A stretch of DNA of 64,000 bases from Octopus vulgaris (GCA_951406725.2 OX597819.1:81158001-81222000); one strand, 5' to 3'. Shown: positions 12,567-25,950, counted from the stretch's first letter. The notes: generated by a model not told the origin, from the sequence alone. Made by a program: numbers and translations.

Positions 12567-12730
12567 GCGACGGATTTCTTTCAGTTTCCGTCTACGAAAT
12601 CCACTCGCAAGGCTTTGGTTGGCTGGAAAGTATAGTAGAAGACACTTGCCGAAGGTGCCACGCAGTGGGACTGAATCCTGAACCATGCGGTTGGGAAACA
12701 AGCTTCTCACCACCCACCCACGCCTGCGCT
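12567..12730 (-). mobile_element. SINE family B head
   Basis: TTCTTTCAGTTTCCGTCTAC..GACACTTGCCGAAGGTGCCACGCAGTGGGACTGAA..CACGCCTGCGC. Confidence 0.85.
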
Positions 12731-13862
12731 GCACATATGTAATTGGTTCTTATAGAATTCATAGTGAACCATAGATCTTTCCAGTAAGTTGTTATTGTGC
12801 ATGATCTACTTTCTCGAATATTCTGTTTCGTAAATAAAGTTCATCTAGTTTTGCTTCTAATAAATCTGTTTACTTTCATTGATTTCTGTCATAAGATGTG
12901 TTAGTAATACCTCATATTAATAGAAATATCTGAGGATTGTTAATAAAGCGTTAACATTTAGATTAAAATTTATTTTTCTTTCTGAAATAGAAAATAAATT
13001 ACTTTAGCCTATATTTTAAGTTGTTTTCATGCTTTTCAAATAAAAATTCACTTTTGCAATTTCTGTTATCTATTACTCAATCGTATCCAGTTGGTTCAAT
13101 TTTATTAGCAGGTTTTCAAATTTTAAAGGAAAATTTTATTCTAGTTATTAAAAATTGAAGTTACATTGCATTTATTTTGTTGCCAAATTTCTATAATTTC
13201 ATCCTTTAACAAATATGTATGAGGGTAGCGCCTACCTCTCTACCCCCACTTTGCTTTCCAGGCGGGATTTTAAAAAATCGATTAGAAATTGGCTGAAGAA
13301 GAAAGTTTTTGTCATCAGTCTTTTTGGTTGTAAGTTCGAGATTTCAATTACAAATTTCACTGTTATAACAGTGGAAATGATAAATAAGTCAAAAATAAAA
13401 AAGAAATGAAATTTCTACCATTGTTTCTGAAGTTTTATAATTTGTTTTCTTGTAGCAAGAATTCCTGCAAGATATTTGATATTTAAATGCATTCATCAAG
13501 AAACTAAACAGTCTTACATGTACAGAATTTATCAAGAATTGCATAATTCTAGTGGATTTTGCAATGATTTTCTTTTTTACACAATGTAATAAAAATGATA
13601 TTTCAGTTTTTTTTATTAAATAACGCGTCGTTCATTGCCAGTAGTTATTATCTTTTCCGGCATTTTGTTTTTATGTCCCCCAAAGGCATTTCGAATTTTC
13701 CAGAGAAATAGAAATATATACATAAACTCTATCGATTATATTACAGAAAAGTTTCTTTTATGGTATCAAATAAATTTTGAAATAAATAACTAAAAATATT
13801 TTCCTGTCATTAAATACACGAACAACTAATAGTTAATTCCTTATTTTTAGCTGTTAGTATAA

Positions 13863-14710
13863 AAGGCAGCTGGAGAAATGCTTTGCGGTATTTCGTCTGC
13901 CGCTACGTTCTGAGTTCAAATTCCGCCGAGGTCGACTTTGCCTTTCATCCTTTTTGGGTCGATAAATTAAGTACCAGTTATGCACTGGGGTCGATGTAAT
14001 CGACTTAATCCGTTTGTCTGTCGTTGTTTGTCCGCTCTATGTTTAGCCCCTTGTGGGTAGTAAAGAAATAAGTATTTTGTCTGCCGCTACGTTCTGAGTT
14101 CAAATTCCACCGAGGTTGACTTTGCCTTTCTACCTTTCGGGGTCGATTAAATAAATACGAGTTACGCACTGGGGTCGATGAAATTGACTAGCCCCGCCCC
14201 CAAATTTTAGACCTTGTGCCTATAGTAGAAAGGATTATTTTTTCAGCAAGAAGACGGCGTGCTGGCGGAATCGTTAGCCCGCCGGGCGAAATGCTTAGCG
14301 GTGTTTCGTCTGTCGCTACTTTCTGAGTTCAAATTCCACCGAGGTCGACATTGCCATTCATCCTTTCGGGGTCGATAAATTAAGTAGTAATCGAGTACTG
14401 AGGTCGATGTGATCGATTGTACCCCTCCCCACAAAGAGCCAAGCCTTGTGCCAAACTAGAAAGGATTATTTCTTTCAGAAAGAAGACAGTGAACTGGCAG
14501 AAGCGTTAGCACGCCGGGCTTGAAATTTGGGGGAGGTGGTTAGTTGATTACATCGACCCCAGTACTCAACTGGAACTTAATTTATCGTTCCTGAAAGGGT
14601 GAAAGGCAAAGTCGATCTTGGCGGAATTTGAATTCAGAACTTAAGGACGGACGAAATGCCGTTAAGCATTTTGCCGAGTGTGCTAACAATTCTACCAGCT
14701 CGCCGCCTTA
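13863..14710. mobile_element. Cluster of family A SINEs: three + strand copies, a + head fragment (14488-14520) and one - copy (14521-14710)
   Basis: Repeated TTCTGAGTTCAAATTCC.CCGAGGT.GAC.TTGCC.TTC near 13908, 14092 and 14321; reverse complement at 14585-14640. Confidence 0.9.
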
Positions 14711-16794
14711 GATCTAATAATAATAATGACAATATAATGCCCATATATATTTTTATTCTGAATTTATCCTAATTTTGAGTAAAATATAGAAACACATTTC
14801 ACTGCTAAAACACCTTTCCTATTTTGAATACAATAGACAGAAAAATATAGTGGAAAAGATAAAATATCTACTAAAGAAATATGTTAAATCAAAGAAATAA
14901 GTTTTCTTAATTTTGTTTCCAATATGATTTGCAGACGTCAGGATTAATCTTCAAAAATTTAGATATCAAAACTAGAGTCTAAATATTTCAAGTTTATCAC
15001 AATTTCATTGTGGAATTTTGGTTATAATATCGTTTATACAAACGAATAGCAGTTGCTGTTGAATCCATTGTTCTTTTATTTGTATGAAAATAAATAATTA
15101 CGAAAAGTTTTCTTGAAGTATGGACTATCTTTCTTTCGACTCCACATTGTCCCTCATACCTCAATGGATTTTAGGGATTATTATAAAGAGGATGAGTGAT
15201 ATTGGGAGGTTCCCAAGAAGTCTTCCAACACAATTCCATTCACATAAATCGACCCCGGTATCTGTCAGCTTCTTTATTTCATCAACGTCGTAAGTATGAA
15301 AATCAAAGTTGACGCTAACGGTATTTGAAAGCAGAACGTAACGCTCCATAGTTAAATACCGCATGCATTTTATCAGGTACTCTAACTTCAACTCCTGTCT
15401 GCGACTCTGTTGCCGTAGTTTCCCATTCATTCACGTCGCTAAAAAGAAAGAAATGAATGTCGCATAGCCTCACTTTGTTCTGATACATATCTCTGTTTAT
15501 GCAAGAAAAGGTCAGATTGTTACAGAATATTCGATCTGGATGCGGCACACCAAAGAATTGGACATCCGTTCAAATTTAGTTCGCTATTCTACCATCAAGT
15601 TGTGTCCGCTCCCTATTTTTACTTGCCCCGTATAAGCTCAATAGGGAAGTGGGGTAGGGAAGTTTAGTACTTTAGTCGACGTTATGGCTGGAACATTTAA
15701 GGGTACAGTTAAAACATTGCAGTTGTATCATTAGTCTTTAAAATTTTTTTCCAGTAACATCTCCAATAACAACAATAAAAGGGACGTCTTTGAATATAAA
15801 TCTGCTCGATCACAGCCCACCTGATGTTACGGCTCGCCAACAGAAAATAACTCTCTAATTCACATTCATAGAACTACTTCTAAGAATTTGTGATTGTCTC
15901 AGTACTAAAAACCCGAATTTAACTTGCATGCAAACTTCGATACTACGTATACAACAGGATATCTACCATTGTTTCATATCAAATTAAGTACTATTAATGT
16001 TACCAGCTAAATAATTCACAGCACAATCTCACAAGTATTTCATTTTGTTCCTATTGTTGAAGATAAAGTAACTAAGAAACATTTAATCGAAGTGTGGTAC
16101 TCCACACTTCGATTAATCAGTTGTAGAAACCTATCTTTCTAGCGCTAAGACTGTATGTGAAATATATGGGATATTTGTGGAGACGGAACTGTGAGCATGT
16201 AATACTTAAAAGCTTTAATTAGTTAATTATAAATGAATGAAAAGAACCTTAATCAGTAAAATTGTTGCCAGGCAATATTTTGTTTGAATTTCATTACTAT
16301 TCTTTTCAATTTTTTATTCTGTTTCAAGTTGGTAATTCTAAGTTTATTATCATATCACACACCAACACACACGCGCGTACATACTTAAGTAAGTATATGT
16401 ATACACATACACGCACACACACACACATATCCCTATGTTACGATAATAAGACAGATAATTGAACCAATTGACATACAAGAATACGAAACAAGACTCAAAT
16501 GTATGTATGACTGGAGTAATACCAATATATTACACATAAGAAATACATATCCCTTCTCTTATATTAGCTTAATTCACATAGATTTTATTTGTAAATTAGC
16601 ATATAACCCACTGCCCACTTTTTTTTTTGACAGAGTGTTTAAAATAAAAGTTAATCTAGATAGCAGGAACTACACAAAAATTCCTGACTAACGATGACTG
16701 ATCGATTAGTGATGTTAAAAAGCTCAAAGTCAACAGAACCTATATGTTTGTAATACCATATGACTAAGTTCAACTCGAAGAAATGTCATTATAA

Positions 16795-17126
16795 AGGCGC
16801 GGGTGTGACTGTGGTGTAGTAAAAAGTTTGTCTCTCAACCACATGGTTCCGAGTTCAGTTTCACCTTCGGCAAGTGTCTTTTATTATAACCTCGGGCATA
16901 CCAAAGCCTTGTGAATGTATTTGATAGACAGAAACTAAAATATATATATGTGTGTGTATGTGTGTGTGTTTGTACCCAACTGCTTGACAACCGGTGTTGG
17001 TGTGTTTACGTCAAAAATACCAATAGAATAAATACCAGGCTTAATAAATAAGTACTGGGGTCGATTAATTAATTCGGCTAAAAATTCAAGGCGGTGCAGC
17101 CTAATGACTGAAACAAATTAATGATA

Positions 17127-17217
<91 letters not shown>

Positions 17218-17387
17218 TGCGCGCGTGTTAGTCCTCCACGGCTTGACAAGCGGTTTTGGTTTGTTTGCGTCTCCGCAAAAGAGACCGATAGAATAAAAAA
17301 GCATAAGTACTTGGTCGATTCGTTTGACTAAAAGGTCTCCCAGAATGGTCGCAGCCTAACAACTGAAACAAGTAAAAAATAAAAGAT
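16795..17387 (+). mobile_element. SINE family B copy (16795-17115) plus a second 3' half (17229-17387), separated by (TG)n
   Basis: Head AGGCGCGGGTGTGACTG..GAGTTCAGTT; tail CTTGACAAC.GG..GATAGAATAA..AAGTAC..GTCGATT..ACTGAAACAAGTAAAA. Confidence 0.85.
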
Positions 17388-17586
17388 ACTTATGAGAACT
17401 GGTATCAACTAAATTGCTAACAGTTGCAATGGAACTGCGTCGAGGGAACGGGTTCGCAGTTTAAGGACGTATATTTTGACGCCTCAAGCAATATGTATTT
17501 TCAAATGATTGAAATGACAGTTCTACAACGTAAATACTACAGTTTCGACACCACATGATCTCAGATTAGGTCAAATCCAAGATATA

Positions 17587-17651
<65 letters not shown>

Positions 17652-18087
17652 GTGTGTGCGTGTTTGCGTTCTTTTGGCCATTGTAGTTGTTCCAAGTACA
17701 TTGGATGTTCCAAGTACAATGAATACTGAAATACACCGGATCATCTGGGGAACAGTTTGTTGCATTATGTTACAGATCAAATAACTCAACCAAATGTGCT
17801 GGGAACGTTCTAATCATACGCTCCAAATAACCACAGCAGTGAAACGTACGTAGGAAACAAATAATATAAACTTCTGCTTATAATTTCTCCCATATTTGCT
17901 CTGTATACCATAGCCGGTAATACTTCTAAGTACATTAGTAACCAAAATCACTATACCTTTTCTTTCATTCTTTAAGTGTTTATAAATATGTACCAGTCCA
18001 GCTGAGCCTTTTCTCGTTCCCCTTCCTCCTCTATCTTTCTCCACACGTCCCCCTCCTTCCTCTCTCTCTTTCTCTCTCTCTCCCTCT

Positions 18088-18270
18088 CTGAATGGTACTT
18101 GTAATTCAGAATTGCAGCCTTATCACATTGCGTCACACTGATTCGGTTTGGAAATTTGGTAACAATATCTGCGGAATATTCAGCTGCATATATGCTAATT
18201 CGAGATCTAGGAGTTTAATTGGCTCAATAAAAGAACGCTCACCGTCGAGACCAGCGTAGAATCCACCACA
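18088..18270 (+). mobile_element. Degenerate SINE family C body
   Basis: GTACTTGTAATTCAG..TCACATT, matching 63097-63270. Confidence 0.5.
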
Positions 18271-20050
18271 GATACTGTTTAACAGAATACTTGACATTAC
18301 ATTGTCTGTGATGTAACATAAAAAGGTGAAATAAAAGATCGTTGTTGAAAATAATTATTTTGATACAATGTATTCTCAAACTCATACAACATAAGGTACT
18401 TTCCTTCAAAGAGGCTTGACACGAACATTTCTAATGTAATAGAGAATAAAAGGGTTTTTGTCAATGTTTCTCTCACTCTTTATTTTTCTTTTTTCACTCC
18501 TTTTGTCTCTCGGCTAAGAATATTTCTTATTTCTAGCCTTCCTAACCGCAGCAGCAGATTGTTCCTTTTCCTTTGCCACGCTATTCTATTCCTTTCCTTT
18601 GACATTTTCCTTGCGCTGTCTAACTCTTTGTGGCCGTATTTATAAGAAGATTCTTCGTAAATACGTGTTCTTTTATCTGCATGGTTTGAGCCTGAAGAAC
18701 ACCATTATCATTTTCGTCTGTTCAAGCTAGACATTCCGTCGCTACTAGGTAAACGTTTCCCCTCTTTCTGTGGTCCTTATCGATTTAAAGCTGAATCTAT
18801 TCAACATCTCTTGTCAATTTAAGCATTTAGTCTGCAGCGTATATAACACATATAAAGGATCTGTTTGGTCTGGTATTCGCAATGTTATTTTAGAAATTTC
18901 TACCTGAAGATATGTAGGGTTTAGTCTTAGACGCAAAGAATCAGTCACCTGTCTTTAGCTATCCAAAAAGCTAAACGCATTTAAAAAGAGCATTATGGAA
19001 ATTTCTTTTTAGAAATCTTTCTCACCTTTAAGAATTGTTCTAAAATTTTTGCTTGAAAAGGCAATTCTATGGAAACGAAAAACAACAGAGATAAGAAATC
19101 GACAAAGCAATATAAGGAAGACTGAATGACAATTAAGTAAACATAAACAAAAAAAAAGGAAGAATATGGTAAAGAAGTAGATTCAAAGGAGAGAAAAACA
19201 AGTAAAACGGTTGGAAGAGGTATTACAATAGAGAGATAAGTGTGAAATGGTTGAAAAGAAAGGAAAAATATTTCAGGTTTACCGAACCTGATAATAATAC
19301 CATTGTTATTGATAATAAATATTATTGCTATTTGTTGAAAATGTAACACACCAATGATGCTGACCATACAATATTAGTAATGACTCATAATTTGCTAGAA
19401 TGAAAAAATCTTAAGGTTTGTAAAAAATTTTGTACTAATATTATTTATATTTACTGAGGCAGGGATAGTGGACTATTCTACGACACAAGAAATACTTTCC
19501 TTTAACGCAAAGAAAAAATATTCACAATTTTTCTGAAAAAGCAAATTTCCAAGATGTTTATCTGTTTATTTACTACGGTCAGCAGGCAGTAATTGGCCGG
19601 GAAGGTAAGGCATCAGATAAAACGCCTCACGATATTTTACTGACGTCATAAGAATTTGTAAATTTTGGGAGAACGTGAAATAATTATTTTATGGATCAGT
19701 GGATCTCGAAGCACATAAAGTTATAAATAATAGTATATTGAGTTAAAAAAAAACTCTCTTGGAGAGAAAACTTGGAAAGTCAAATACTAGAATACCCGTC
19801 GTGTCCATAGGAGTTCGTGTCCATGTGGGTTCGTGTCCATGTGGGTTCGTGTCCCACGAGCAGCCTTCGACATTTTCTGTCCAAAAGAGATTTTAAAATT
19901 AATATTTACATGCTGTTATTTATGTCTTTATGAGCTTCAATATCCACTGTTCCAAAGAAGAATTACCAATATGTTTTTTCTGCCTCTGGATCAACAAAAT
20001 AAACAGCAGTCATGTACTGACAGCGACTCAGTTAACTTAACCTGCCAATA

Positions 20051-20277
20051 CAGTTTGGCCCCAAAGTAGATTTACACTTTAAATTTCTTTTAAAACATTT
20101 TATTACATTTAAATTTCTATCTTACAAACTGAAAAGGGAGCTTGACAAAATTTACTAAAGTTACATAGAATAATGGTTTTATATATTTTTATAATTTATA
20201 ATTAAGATCTAAACTGTTAATATATAAATGCGAAAGAGACCGCTGAATAACTGTAAACCTACTTTTGGGCTACCCTG
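20051..20277. mobile_element. Tc1/mariner-type MITE (227 bp)
   Basis: TA-CAGTTTGGCCCCAAAGTAGATTTACA ... TGTAAACCTACTTTTGGGCTACCCTG-TA. Confidence 0.8.
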
Positions 20278-20297
20278 TATATAGAAAATACTGGTTT

Positions 20298-21245
20298 AAA
20301 ATTATGGAACAAGGTCAGCAAATTCGGGAGTGGGGTAGCCAATTACAGCGACCTCGGTGCTCAACTGGTACTTATATTATCGACCTCGAAAGGAATTGTA
20401 CTAAAATTTTTGCTTAAAAAGCCATTATATAGTTAGTTAGTTAGTTAGTTAATTTGGCTCAAAAGCAAATAGCAAGGCCATGTAGGGGGACATGGAGTTA
20501 AGTACAGGGTGGTGTTCATGTAAAGAGTTCAGGCCACTTGAGGTCCAGGGAGGCTTTGAACAAAGCGGTCGTCGGCATCTTCACCATCTCGTCTGGCAGC
20601 TTGTTCCACGGATCCGCAACCCGGACGGAGAAAGCTCCTCTCCTTCGATTGAGATGAAATCGTCGCAGGTAGAGCTTTTCGGAATGACCCCGCAGCCGAC
20701 GCTCCGGAGCAGGAGTGAAGAACAGCTCTTTCGAGAGGTTACACTTCCCGCTTATGATGTTGTGGGCGAGAATGAGATCACCACGGCGGCGGCGTTTTTC
20801 AAGAGAATAAAGGTCGAGCGTCCTCAGCCTTTCTTCGTAGGACAAATTTTTGAGACCATGAACCATGCGGGTAGCCAGCCTCTGGACTCTTTCGAGGTGC
20901 TGTATGTCTTTGAGGAGATAAGGAGAAGAGGCTTGAATCCCATACTCCAATATGGGTCTCACCAGCGTGACATAGAGTGGCAGGAATATGGCTGCTGTGA
21001 GCATTCCGAATGACCGTCGAATCAAAAACAGAATTCCGCGCGCTTTGTTGGCAGCATGGATGCACTGGGCCGAAGGCGAAAAGGAGGAATCCACCAAGAT
21101 ACCCAGGTCCTTTACCTGGAAATACAAGAGAGGTAAGAAATCGATAAAGTAATATAAGGAAAAGTCAACCTCGGCGAAATTTGAAGTAAGAATATGAAGG
21201 CGGACGAAACGCCGGAAAGCATTTTGCTCGGCGTGCTAACGACCG
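20298..21245 (-). mobile_element. Family A SINE split in two (20298-20394 and 21157-21245) by later insertions
   Basis: Left piece ends ATCGACCTCGAAAGGA and right piece resumes AAAGTCAACCTCGGCGAAATTTGAA, contiguous as in the intact copy at 23887-24095. Confidence 0.8.
20431..21116 (-). mobile_element. Young 5'-truncated CR1-type LINE with (TAAC)n tail and uninterrupted RT C-terminal ORF (20516-21116)
   Basis: VKDLGILVDSSF..LYVTLVRPILEYG..LERVQRLATRMV..SYEERL..LEKRRRRGDLI..RLRGH..FSVRV..WNKLP; no stops over ~200 codons. Confidence 0.93.
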
Positions 21246-22229
21246 TCCTTATGCATATGAAAATATTAATTACTGTTAAAATCAAAAAAATCTGTATCTA
21301 TTTCCCGATTATTTATAATTTAACAATTACGCAGCTAATTTTCGTTTTCTTCTTTTCTTTTATGAATTTTTCTCCTATAAGTCATATATAAACTTTTCAT
21401 TTTCCTATACTGACATGCAGAGAGAATTTTTGTATTTTTGACCATTGTATCAAGTAACGGCTCAAACACAAATAAGAACGGCGATTACGTATATGTCAGT
21501 TTAGTTCGCATTTCATTTCATGTATCAAGAAGATTTAAAATTTCTATTCTCCAAAACTTAGAATAATAATGAAGTGCAAAATGCGTAAAAAATTTCATAA
21601 GTTACTGATCGCGATTTATCAAAATTAATAGCAACTGTTTGAGGGCAAAATACAAAGTTCCAAGGGGAACTTGCGAATAATATTTGAAAAAAGAAAAATC
21701 TTCATATCTGTAGGAATGTTAACTGTAAATTTCTTCGCAAATCAATAAACCGATTTTCATAAACAAGCTACTCTAACAAAACTGTGAATGTTATTCATAG
21801 ATTTCACTCTCGTCTCGTTTCTTGCCATTCTCCTATACGTTCTTGATAAACAGCGAAACACAAGATTATCAGACAGATCCCTTATAAGCATATATTACAG
21901 CGAGAAATTTACTTTCTAAGAAGGTTCTAGTTAGCTTGCTTGTAAATTGTCAGTGATGTTGATATACGAATTTGTCTGGGATTTGAACTGGCAAATAATA
22001 CAAACTAAAATCGGAGAAATTTTTGCCGATAAAAAATACATAATTATAAGAATAGTCTTTTTATCTACAGGTTCTTCTATCTGTGTAGTTTAAAGCTGAA
22101 AAACAAATTTATCGTCGGCTTCGTTTCTATATAAAGAAAAACATACGAGGTGTATACGAGATGTTTCAATTTATTTCTGCAAGATTTAATACAAAGCAAA
22201 ATGTCTGCATCAGGGTAGCATAGTTTCTG

Positions 22230-22815
22230 TCAATTGACACAATAGTAGCATATTACTGGAATGTATAGAATAATCGTGATCCGCTATTTAATCAATCTCT
22301 TTATTTCTAAAGTACAAAGAACTAGCAAAAACATAAATCAAACCAATATTGTGGTATAAAAAGGGTTTCACTAAAGCTGATTCTCAATGCTTACTAACCC
22401 TATACAAAACTCAACTAAGATCAACAATGAAATGCTTCTGCCCATATAGGGACAGTGCTGCTACTACAATGCAAAGGTTCTAAACCAAATACACCTTAAA
22501 CTAACACCACTGATTGTCGTAAAGTTGCTCACCATTACACTCCAATCTCTTCTCCACAGACATGTTGTATCCTCATTGTGCTTTTCTCCTGCCACTATAA
22601 TGGTTTCTGTTCGCTGGAGATGGCTACCTCCCTTCATCACGTCTTTCCGACTCATTTGTCTCACTTCCTTGTAATCCATAGTAGTTTAAGTCGAGGACCC
22701 TCTCACATATCGCCAGTATTTTCTCCGCGAGAGCACTGTTTTCTCTTCCAATGCTTTTCATCTAGGCATTAACATATAGCTATTCAAGCGGTATGGCAAC
22801 TGCATAGACCTCACC
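22230..22815 (+). mobile_element. Old CR1/L2-type LINE RT C-terminal fragment
   Basis: Frameshifted LLTLYKTQLRSTMKC / LQSLLHRHVVSSLC / HYNGFCSLEMA, resembling LYKAQIRPTMEY..LQPLSHRR.VSSL..YYNG.CS.EL. Confidence 0.7.
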
Positions 22816-23886
22816 GGCATTCAAAGACTAGAAGTATAACTCCTCCTCCTCCAGAATAAACATTAGAAAAAAAAAGTGACAAGTCCCAATTATTGATTGA
22901 CAGATTCTGTAAAATTATCTCCAATCGAAAGCAGATCGGAGTTTATTTAACATAATTGCTGATGCTATAGTCCTTAGAAAACATATAAACAGTTAAATGC
23001 GAGTAAAATGAGCAAAGACTCTTACTAAATCATGGACTTGCTATCAGCAATAGCAATGCTTAAGCACAGGCTGCCTACCATGTCATTCACGACCATCCAA
23101 ATTTCAAATGCCTTCTGTAATTTTGCCCGTGATCAACTCCATTTTTTAGAGCATTATGTAATACATGTTGAAATGTTTTTTGAGACAATAAGGTGAGAAA
23201 TTTGAGAGATTTAGCAGTTATTTCATACAGGTCGAGTGACTTTAGGACAGCTCCCATTTTGAGTTTTAGAGTATATTTCTTATAGTAGGTACAGCCTCAT
23301 TAGTTCCTATCAAAGAGGAAAATAACATTATGAGACACCCATTCCTTTCTCAAAGTCTTCACTATCCAGTAAGAAACATGACTATAATCGAGTACGGAAA
23401 TCGATTCACATGTTCACAGTAGGAGGAACATTGTATTACTATAACGTATTTTATCGATGTTGAAAGCATGAAACGACAAATTAATACATGTGAGATTTGA
23501 ACTTAGAAGAAAATGTGAAGTTCGCAAGTAGTTAAGATAAATCAACTAATCTACCTGGCGCCCCATCGTCTCGAATAGTGAGTTGGATTAAGAAATAAGC
23601 TCCCAAAACACCGAATTGGGGTCTCGGTTTTAATTCTTATTTTAAGCAAGTTCACTCTATTTAATCTCACTAATAAAAAAAAAGCATGAACATCACTACA
23701 AGCCGTTTCATGTCCCTGATATCTTGAGCTTAGCTAACAGATAATCAATGTTTATTGTTAATATAGTCACAAAACTTAAAAATTAATCAATATCAGTAAC
23801 AATTAAGGCGAAGGAAATACATTACATTAAAAGATTTTAGATGCGTTTAAACGCATCTATCTTTCATTGTACAAGAGACGGAATAA

Positions 23887-24095
23887 TGGTTTCAAATTTT
23901 GACACAAGGCCAGTAAGTTTGAGGATGGGAGTAAGTCGATTACATTGACCCCAGTGTTCAACTGGTACTTATTTTATCGAATCCAAAATGATGAAGGCAT
24001 AATCGACCTCGGTTGAATTTTAGAACGTAAAGACGGAAGAAATGACGCTTAGCATCTTGTCGGGTGTGCTAACGACTCTGCCAGCTCACCGCCTT
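23887..24095 (-). mobile_element. SINE family A
   Basis: CACAAGGCC..GACCCCAGTG..CTGGTACTTATTTTATCGA..CTGCCAGCTCACCGCC. Confidence 0.88.
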
Positions 24096-25004
24096 AACAC
24101 CAAAGGAAATATTAGTTTTAGTTTCATCGACCATAACTCACCCAGTCTTACCAAATTTATCTCCGTATGTGAGCGAGAAACCATTAGTAGTTGGTGTTGG
24201 TTTACACCCCAGCTCAACCCAGATTGAGCAAACCTGTGTTCAAATACTATCAAGCTGAGAACACCAACCTAGTCTTTATTTATGATACAATGTTCTAATA
24301 ACACATAATCTTGGATACCCATATTTCTTCTCCTTTTAAGACCGTAGGTTGCGATTTAAAGGCAGCCTGATTCATTGTCAAGTAACTCTGCCGACCACAT
24401 AGAGGCCTCTCTTTGGCTCGAACCATTTTTAGGCATAATAGTTGGGAAGCGCTGTAGTATTACTGGAGAATCGAGACCATGACATAGATTTGATATGATT
24501 AAAGTCATTTCACTCCACCCATGATGTTGATACATTTGGGAAAAGCATTGACTATACAATGTGCCATTCATTTATTTTAAAATGAAGGTATTTGTATAGT
24601 TAAAATTTTTTAAATTTTTTTTATTAAATTGACAACTCAGCAATTTTGTGTTTTCAGGGAGTATCAAGGAGAGATAATAGAAAGACTGATATTCATACTC
24701 TACCCTACCCTTAGCACTTCTCAAATGAGAATTTAATCTGCTTTACTGTCTTGAATTATCACGAGTTTACAATTTGCCGCTGTTGTTCCTTAAATGATAC
24801 CGAACAAAGTTTTTTGTGAGTTAGAAACGATTATCTCATATATTTGGGGGTTTGGTTAGTTGGTTGTAAATTCCATGTCTTTTTGAAGAGATTTAGAGGT
24901 TTAAGACAATTAAATAAATTCAAAGATTGATGGAGATCGCATCGCGACTCCAGCTTACCAGAATCTTGCATCTTGACCAAAGTTGCCTTCCAAATACCTG
25001 TTAA

Positions 25005-25200
25005 CTTTTACTCGTTTCAGCCATTGGATTACGGTCATGCTGAAGCACCAACTTGAAGGGTTTAGTCGAACAAATCAACGTTAATACTTATATTTTGAGC
25101 CTGGTACTATCAGTCTTTATGCCGAATCACTATGTTACAGAGACACAAACAAACTATCAGCGGTTATCCATCGGTGAAGAGAAGATAAACACACACACAC

Positions 25201-25279
<79 letters not shown>

Positions 25280-25452
25280 CGACAGGCTTCTTTCAATTTC
25301 CTCATACCAAATCCATTCACAATGCTTTGGTTGATCCGGACCTATATGGTTGATGTCATCTGCCCATTGCCCAAGGTGACAGGCTGTGGGACTGAAGCCG
25401 AAAGTATATGATCAGAAGGCAAGTTTCTCAACCGCACGGCCACACCTGCGCC
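25005..25452 (-). mobile_element. SINE family B with internal (TA)n
   Basis: Both halves present: CTTTTACTCGTTTCAG.. and CGACAGGCTTCTTTC..GGGACTGAA..CACACCTGCGCC. Confidence 0.85.
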
Positions 25453-25599
25453 GCAAAGTAACATTAGATGCAAATGGTAACGAGTGTCTTGGAATAACGC
25501 TAAGTTCAAAGCAAGTTTAGTTCTAACTCTAATTTCGAAATTCTATATTTCTACGTACGTCACTAATTGTTCGTTCTATGAGAGCAGCACTGCATTGTA

Positions 25600-25950
25600 T
25601 CCATTTGACTATTAAATGACCCAGTCCGCATAACCATCAATATGTAAAAAATATGAACTCACATACGCAGAGGCAACACTGTAAAATGAACGAGTGCAAA
25701 GTGCTGAGTTTGATTTACCACTATAACTTGTATGAGAATATACTTCACCAAACTGACTTCCCCATGAACTGTAGTGTCTATGACGAATTGTAAAATGAAT
25801 TGTGGTCTGGTCCATTGTTCAATTGACCAGATCTCAATGTGGACAAAACAGTATTGATAACTTGTAGAAAGACTGGCTAAAACCTACAATTGCAATGGGT
25901 CAAGTTTAACTTGGTGCTACAGGTTGTAGAGGAGGTTCCAGCAAACTGAC
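25600..25950 (+). mobile_element. Highly decayed CR1-type LINE RT fragment
   Basis: KMNECKVLSL (~FN.KCKVLH) and L.WTKQ.ID.. (~L.W.KHI) on the + strand. Confidence 0.4.

Noticed and set aside
20492-21013. 173-aa + strand ORF (also 11562..11978 and 3847..4299)
   Set aside because: Antisense shadows of LINE or transposase coding sequence
25612-25815. ORF ending ..SSYFLHIDGYADWVI, resembling a trypsin C-terminus
   Set aside because: In-frame stop just upstream and no GDSGGP; the opposite strand fits a decayed CR1 RT
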